A stretch of DNA of 64,000 nucleotides from Lepidodermella squamata (taxonomy: Eukaryota; Animalia; Gastrotricha). The notes under the pieces are model-generated. The model searched no databases. It was not told the origin of the DNA and saw only the letters and a program-made list of their open reading frames with translations. The DNA is taken from positions 2,728,001-2,792,000 of the forward strand of contig JBLDXI010000001.1 in NCBI GenBank assembly GCA_047495785.1, given 5' to 3'. Both the position numbers and the translations under genes were made by a program. This document shows, one piece after another, positions 60,601-64,000 of the stretch (positions are counted from its first letter, which is position 1; every line of letters begins with the position of its first letter).

Positions 60601-63600
60601 ATTGACGAATTGGGTCATTTGGAAAAAATCAAATATAACCAAGTTCTAATCGAGTTCACCCCTGAAAATGGGACTATCATTAGTTGAAAACTGTTTCCAG
60701 CCAGAAATTGGCTCAAGAGAACATTAAAATCGCTCAGAAGTTTGACCGTCATCGAAGCAACGAATTTCTTCAGACTAAAATCAGCCCTGGAGGACTGGTA
60801 CTCCGCCTATTGGAGCTATGCGAAAGGCTTAGGTCCACTGTCATACAATATGCCGACGACACCACCATTTACTTTTCGACAAAAAAAAGAGTCGGAAACA
60901 GCTTTACAGCAGAATCTTGACAATCTTATTCACTGGCTAGGCTAAAATTGTTTGAAAGTCAACGAAAAAAAACGGGACGTGGGTATCAATTTCTTTTTTC
61001 GCACAAATAACTGACCTGATTTACGAACAGGCTCGCTGCGATCAGCGCAAGACCCAAGCAGCGCGTTAAACAACCGATTCAGGGCCGCGTCAATTCCCTC
61101 AGCATTCAGCGTAACCTTTCCGCCTCGGAATCGTCGTAGAACCAGCGTCACAATCGCCTGGCAAGTCGCAGTTCTCGTCAGCAGACCGGCAGTTGGTTTC
61201 AACAAATCAGCCAAACGAAGGAATAAATCAGGCAAATCCGACAGCTGAACGATATCCAGACACTGCTCAACCGCAACGCTCGTCGGCGACATCCCAGCCA
61301 CTCGAACTCGAATCGCCTCCAACGTAGCTAATTCAGCCTCATCACCAGCACGGGTAGTTAAATAGGACAGAACTTGCGGCTCTAATGTAGCAGTCGCCTC
61401 GAGTAGGGCGGTAATCAACTCGCAACAATGCGGGGCTAATAACGCCTCGCCAGCTGATTCAATCAGCAGCATTAAGGTGGCTAGACTAACAGCTCGAACT
61501 TCCTCAGCCTTGCTGTCGACGCCAGTTTTGAACAGGGTGTCAATAACCTGGCCCAGGCATGTAGACGCACCTTCGGAAATCGAGTCTTGCGTATTGTTTT
61601 CCACGCCTTTTCTGGCCTGGGCTAGGCGGACGGTTACTTTTTGCAGGCTTCTCGCCGCCCTAGCAGCTGAAACTCGGACCGATTCTTTGATATCGTCGCA
61701 CAAATGCAAGATCGCGTTCCAAAAAACTGGTAATTTAACGAGGAGGCGCTTGTCATGCGGGTCTACGATGACTCGAACGGCATCGGAGAGAGCTCCGCAG
61801 GCTGATTCGCGGACACGCCACAGCCGGCTGGGCAGTGAAGTCTCAATATCGGCGAAAATTGCGTCGAGATTTGCGTTGACAAGGTCGCGAACATTGCCAG
61901 CGCCTGGGGCGGAGGCGAGAACCAGCTGCCATAGGGATTGCATTGTTTGCCGAACGTTAGCATCAGGATCGAACTAAAAAATGGATCAAAACATTCATTT
62001 GAATGATAATCATAATGTATAATGTAAACTATATTTCTAAGGGATTCTAAGGTTCTTAGAAATAAATCTCAAGTTCTTAATGTTGCTCTAAGAAACAACT
62101 TCAAGAACTAAGAGCTAAGGAAAACTGTGTCAAGAAGTCGATTGAGACCAGAACTCTGGCTGAAGAGCACAACTCAAATTGGACAATCGAGGATTGTGGG
62201 CAAGGAAGAATTCGAAGTTAGCTTTACTGACAGAATAGAAATAGCTTCAACAATGGCCAGCTGGTACCTGCTGAATAATGATTTGCTTTTTCAAATCTCA
62301 TCTCATCACACTGTGCCGTTGTACCTCAACACCTGGATAGCCATTCTCTACTTAGTGTTCTTAGCTTTATTATGAAATTGCAGACAAGAAGCGCTGTCTT
62401 CTTTCAACCTATCTGGAGTACCTCGAACACATTCTTGAAGATGCCCCGAAAGAGTGCTTCTACTTACAGCCACGTAATCAAGTTTGGTTCGCGAAGTCAC
62501 CTCTCGGCGAGCACACGATGCGAACAATGGTTAGCGAAATGATGTCGTCAAATGGAATTGATGGGCATTTTTCTAATCATTCGCTTAGGGTACTGCGGCG
62601 ACAAGGATGTGTGAATTTGGTCTCAATGACTACGAGATTAAGAAATTGACCGGTCATCGGTCAAAAGCCGTGCAAAATTACAAGCGTCCTATGCCGTATA
62701 AAATGGCTGCTTCTTCTCGGGCAATTTCGAGCACTTCTACGACAGAAACGCCTGCGCTCAAGCCTGGCGATTCAACTCGTGGAGCCGATGCGGATATGTA
62801 TGCGTCTAATTCGATGTTCGATGTTCGAGCCCGTTATCCGAAATAGGGTACATTATCTGATTTTAGGAAGATACCGGACTAAGATAACACGTGATAACAG
62901 CATTATTTGAAGTACTATGGTGGTTCTTGCAACTTCGCTGCAGAATAAAAAAATTAATCTAAATTTTACCCACCTGATAGCGGTATAATTTGCCAATTCC
63001 AGCCAAAAGCGACCCAGCAAGCTGTGTATTTCCCGTAGTTGCAGCTTTCGTTTTCTTGAGTGCCTTTTCACGTTTCGCAAAGATGGAACCAAGGCCAGCA
63101 GCGGCTGAAGATTTCGTCAACCAGCTACATTGATCATTAGCCAGTTCCATAAATCTGAAAATGATGCATGTAAACTCCGACGTTAATCACTGGTTAAAAA
63201 GCATAAATACCTGTAGATGAGATCAGGTTGGTTTAAATCTGAGGCCAAAGAGCAGAGTTCTTTGTAGGTATTCAACTTCTGACCCTCCGGCATTTCGCCC
63301 AATTGGCCCTCCTTAAAGACTTCAGTCTGATTCGAAACCGTGAGGTTGACGGTTTTCCGACCCATCAATACGTCAATCAAGGGCTGGAGTTGCTGCTCCT
63401 GATCTTGCTCAGGTACAGCTTCATACATGAAAGCCAACAATTCACACAAACTGAATAAAATAATGGAAAATTGAAATTTCAAATGAAAATTCGAAAAAGT
63501 TGGTTACGTTTGTTGAATGTGAGCGTTGTCTTCCGTAAGCAGATGAAGCATAGCCTGGTTAACCGGGGCGAATTTCGATCGTACTGTTTCGACCAGAGGC

Positions 63601-63830
63601 TTCACTTGAACGGCTGATTTCAGGATGACCAGCAACGTGACCAGGCCGCATTCTCGGACAAATTTGCTAGCGTTTCGCAACTGAGTGTTTAATATTTGAT
63701 CGATCGCACGATTCAGATCGCGAATGGACGCCTCTATCAACGGCTGGGTGGTTCCATTTTCACCGCCGAAGTTCAACTTGGTTTTCAGGAGAACGTCATC
63801 CAAAGCATCGTAACTCGCCAAGTCCACAAA
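57695..63830 (-). CDS. ECM29: 3' portion of proteasome adaptor ECM29 (HEAT repeats); 5' part outside the window; upstream boundary approximate
   Basis: Motifs [71 protein letters not shown] and LQGRTWPNKE. Confidence 0.93.
58871..59821 (+). mobile_element. Internally deleted Mutator-like (MULE) element with transposase and Ulp1/C48-like protease remnants, in an ECM29 intron
   Basis: 9-bp TSD AATGTTCAA (58862-58870 and 59822-59830). Imperfect TIRs GAGAGTGGCTATTCGCACATAT / ATATGTACGAATAGCAACACCC (18/22 match). Frameshifted WVKHFRNN...ATSRAEGSFGSLK and HW...FDS...QKQDNLLDCGVFAVAF...FDKSKMRAHLINCLE. Confidence 0.85.
60820..60945 (+). mobile_element. Non-LTR retrotransposon reverse transcriptase fragment in an ECM29 intron
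   Basis: VIQYADDTTIYFS (YADD at 60849-60860), followed after a frameshift by ALQQNLDNLIHWL. Confidence 0.75.
62380..62846 (+). mobile_element. Crypton-type tyrosine recombinase (DUF3504-like) fragment in an ECM29 intron
   Basis: RCLLSTYLEYL...FYLQP...WFAKSPLGEHTMRTMV...FSNHSLR/(frameshift)TAATRM...IKKLTGHRSKAVQNYKRP, which retains the HxxR, H and Y catalytic pattern. Confidence 0.82.
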
Positions 63831-64000
63831 AACTAAATTCAATGAAAACAATTTAAATGGGGAGTGCGCTCCAGGTGTAAACTCAAAATATAGTCGAGAA
63901 ATTTGGATTTTTTTCATAGAATCATGGAATTTTTATTGGGTTTGCTCTGGTGCGGCTGCCGCGGCCGCCGTGGCGTTTATCGCCCGCCGTTTTTGCCTCC

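Noticed and set aside
1-64000. tRNA, rRNA, SL RNA gene, CRISPR array or prokaryotic systems
   Set aside because: None recognised by eye. The sequence is intron-containing animal DNA. A covariance-model scan would be needed to exclude small RNAs.

Overview
Eukaryotic (animal) nuclear DNA from a very compact invertebrate genome. Most introns are GT-AG and about 49-58 nt, several exons are very long, and there is no obvious CpG depletion. Genes in order: TANGO2 3' end (+), MRPL37 (+), three unknown minus-strand coding units (a ~93-aa unit and two single-pass membrane proteins with Cys-rich juxtamembrane segments), a Shaker/Kv1 channel (-) with two alternative N-terminal exons, CDC50/TMEM30 (-), glutaminase (-) with two alternative first exons, SPT2 (+), VHL-like (+), KDM8/JMJD5 (+), TTC17 (-), ANAPC2 (-), FKBP15 (-), CLPB/Skd3 (-), eIF3m (-), RNF14 (-), CASC1/DNAI7 (+) and the ECM29 3' part (-). 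Mobile DNA: two TA-flanked MITEs, a Mutator-like element with a 9-bp TSD carrying a Ulp1-like protease remnant, and Crypton recombinase, LINE RT and probable LTR-integrase fragments. The main unexplained pattern is operon-like packing: spacers of 87-212 nt, with an unpaired splice acceptor just upstream of most start codons. This suggests polycistronic transcription with SL trans-splicing. One membrane-protein gene has an in-frame signal peptide directly after such an acceptor but no genomic ATG, as expected if a leader ending in AUG (the flatworm type) supplies the start codon. Candidate 3-nt and 6-nt microexons are also present. Gene identities come from recognised protein motifs, not database searches, and exon models were read by hand.
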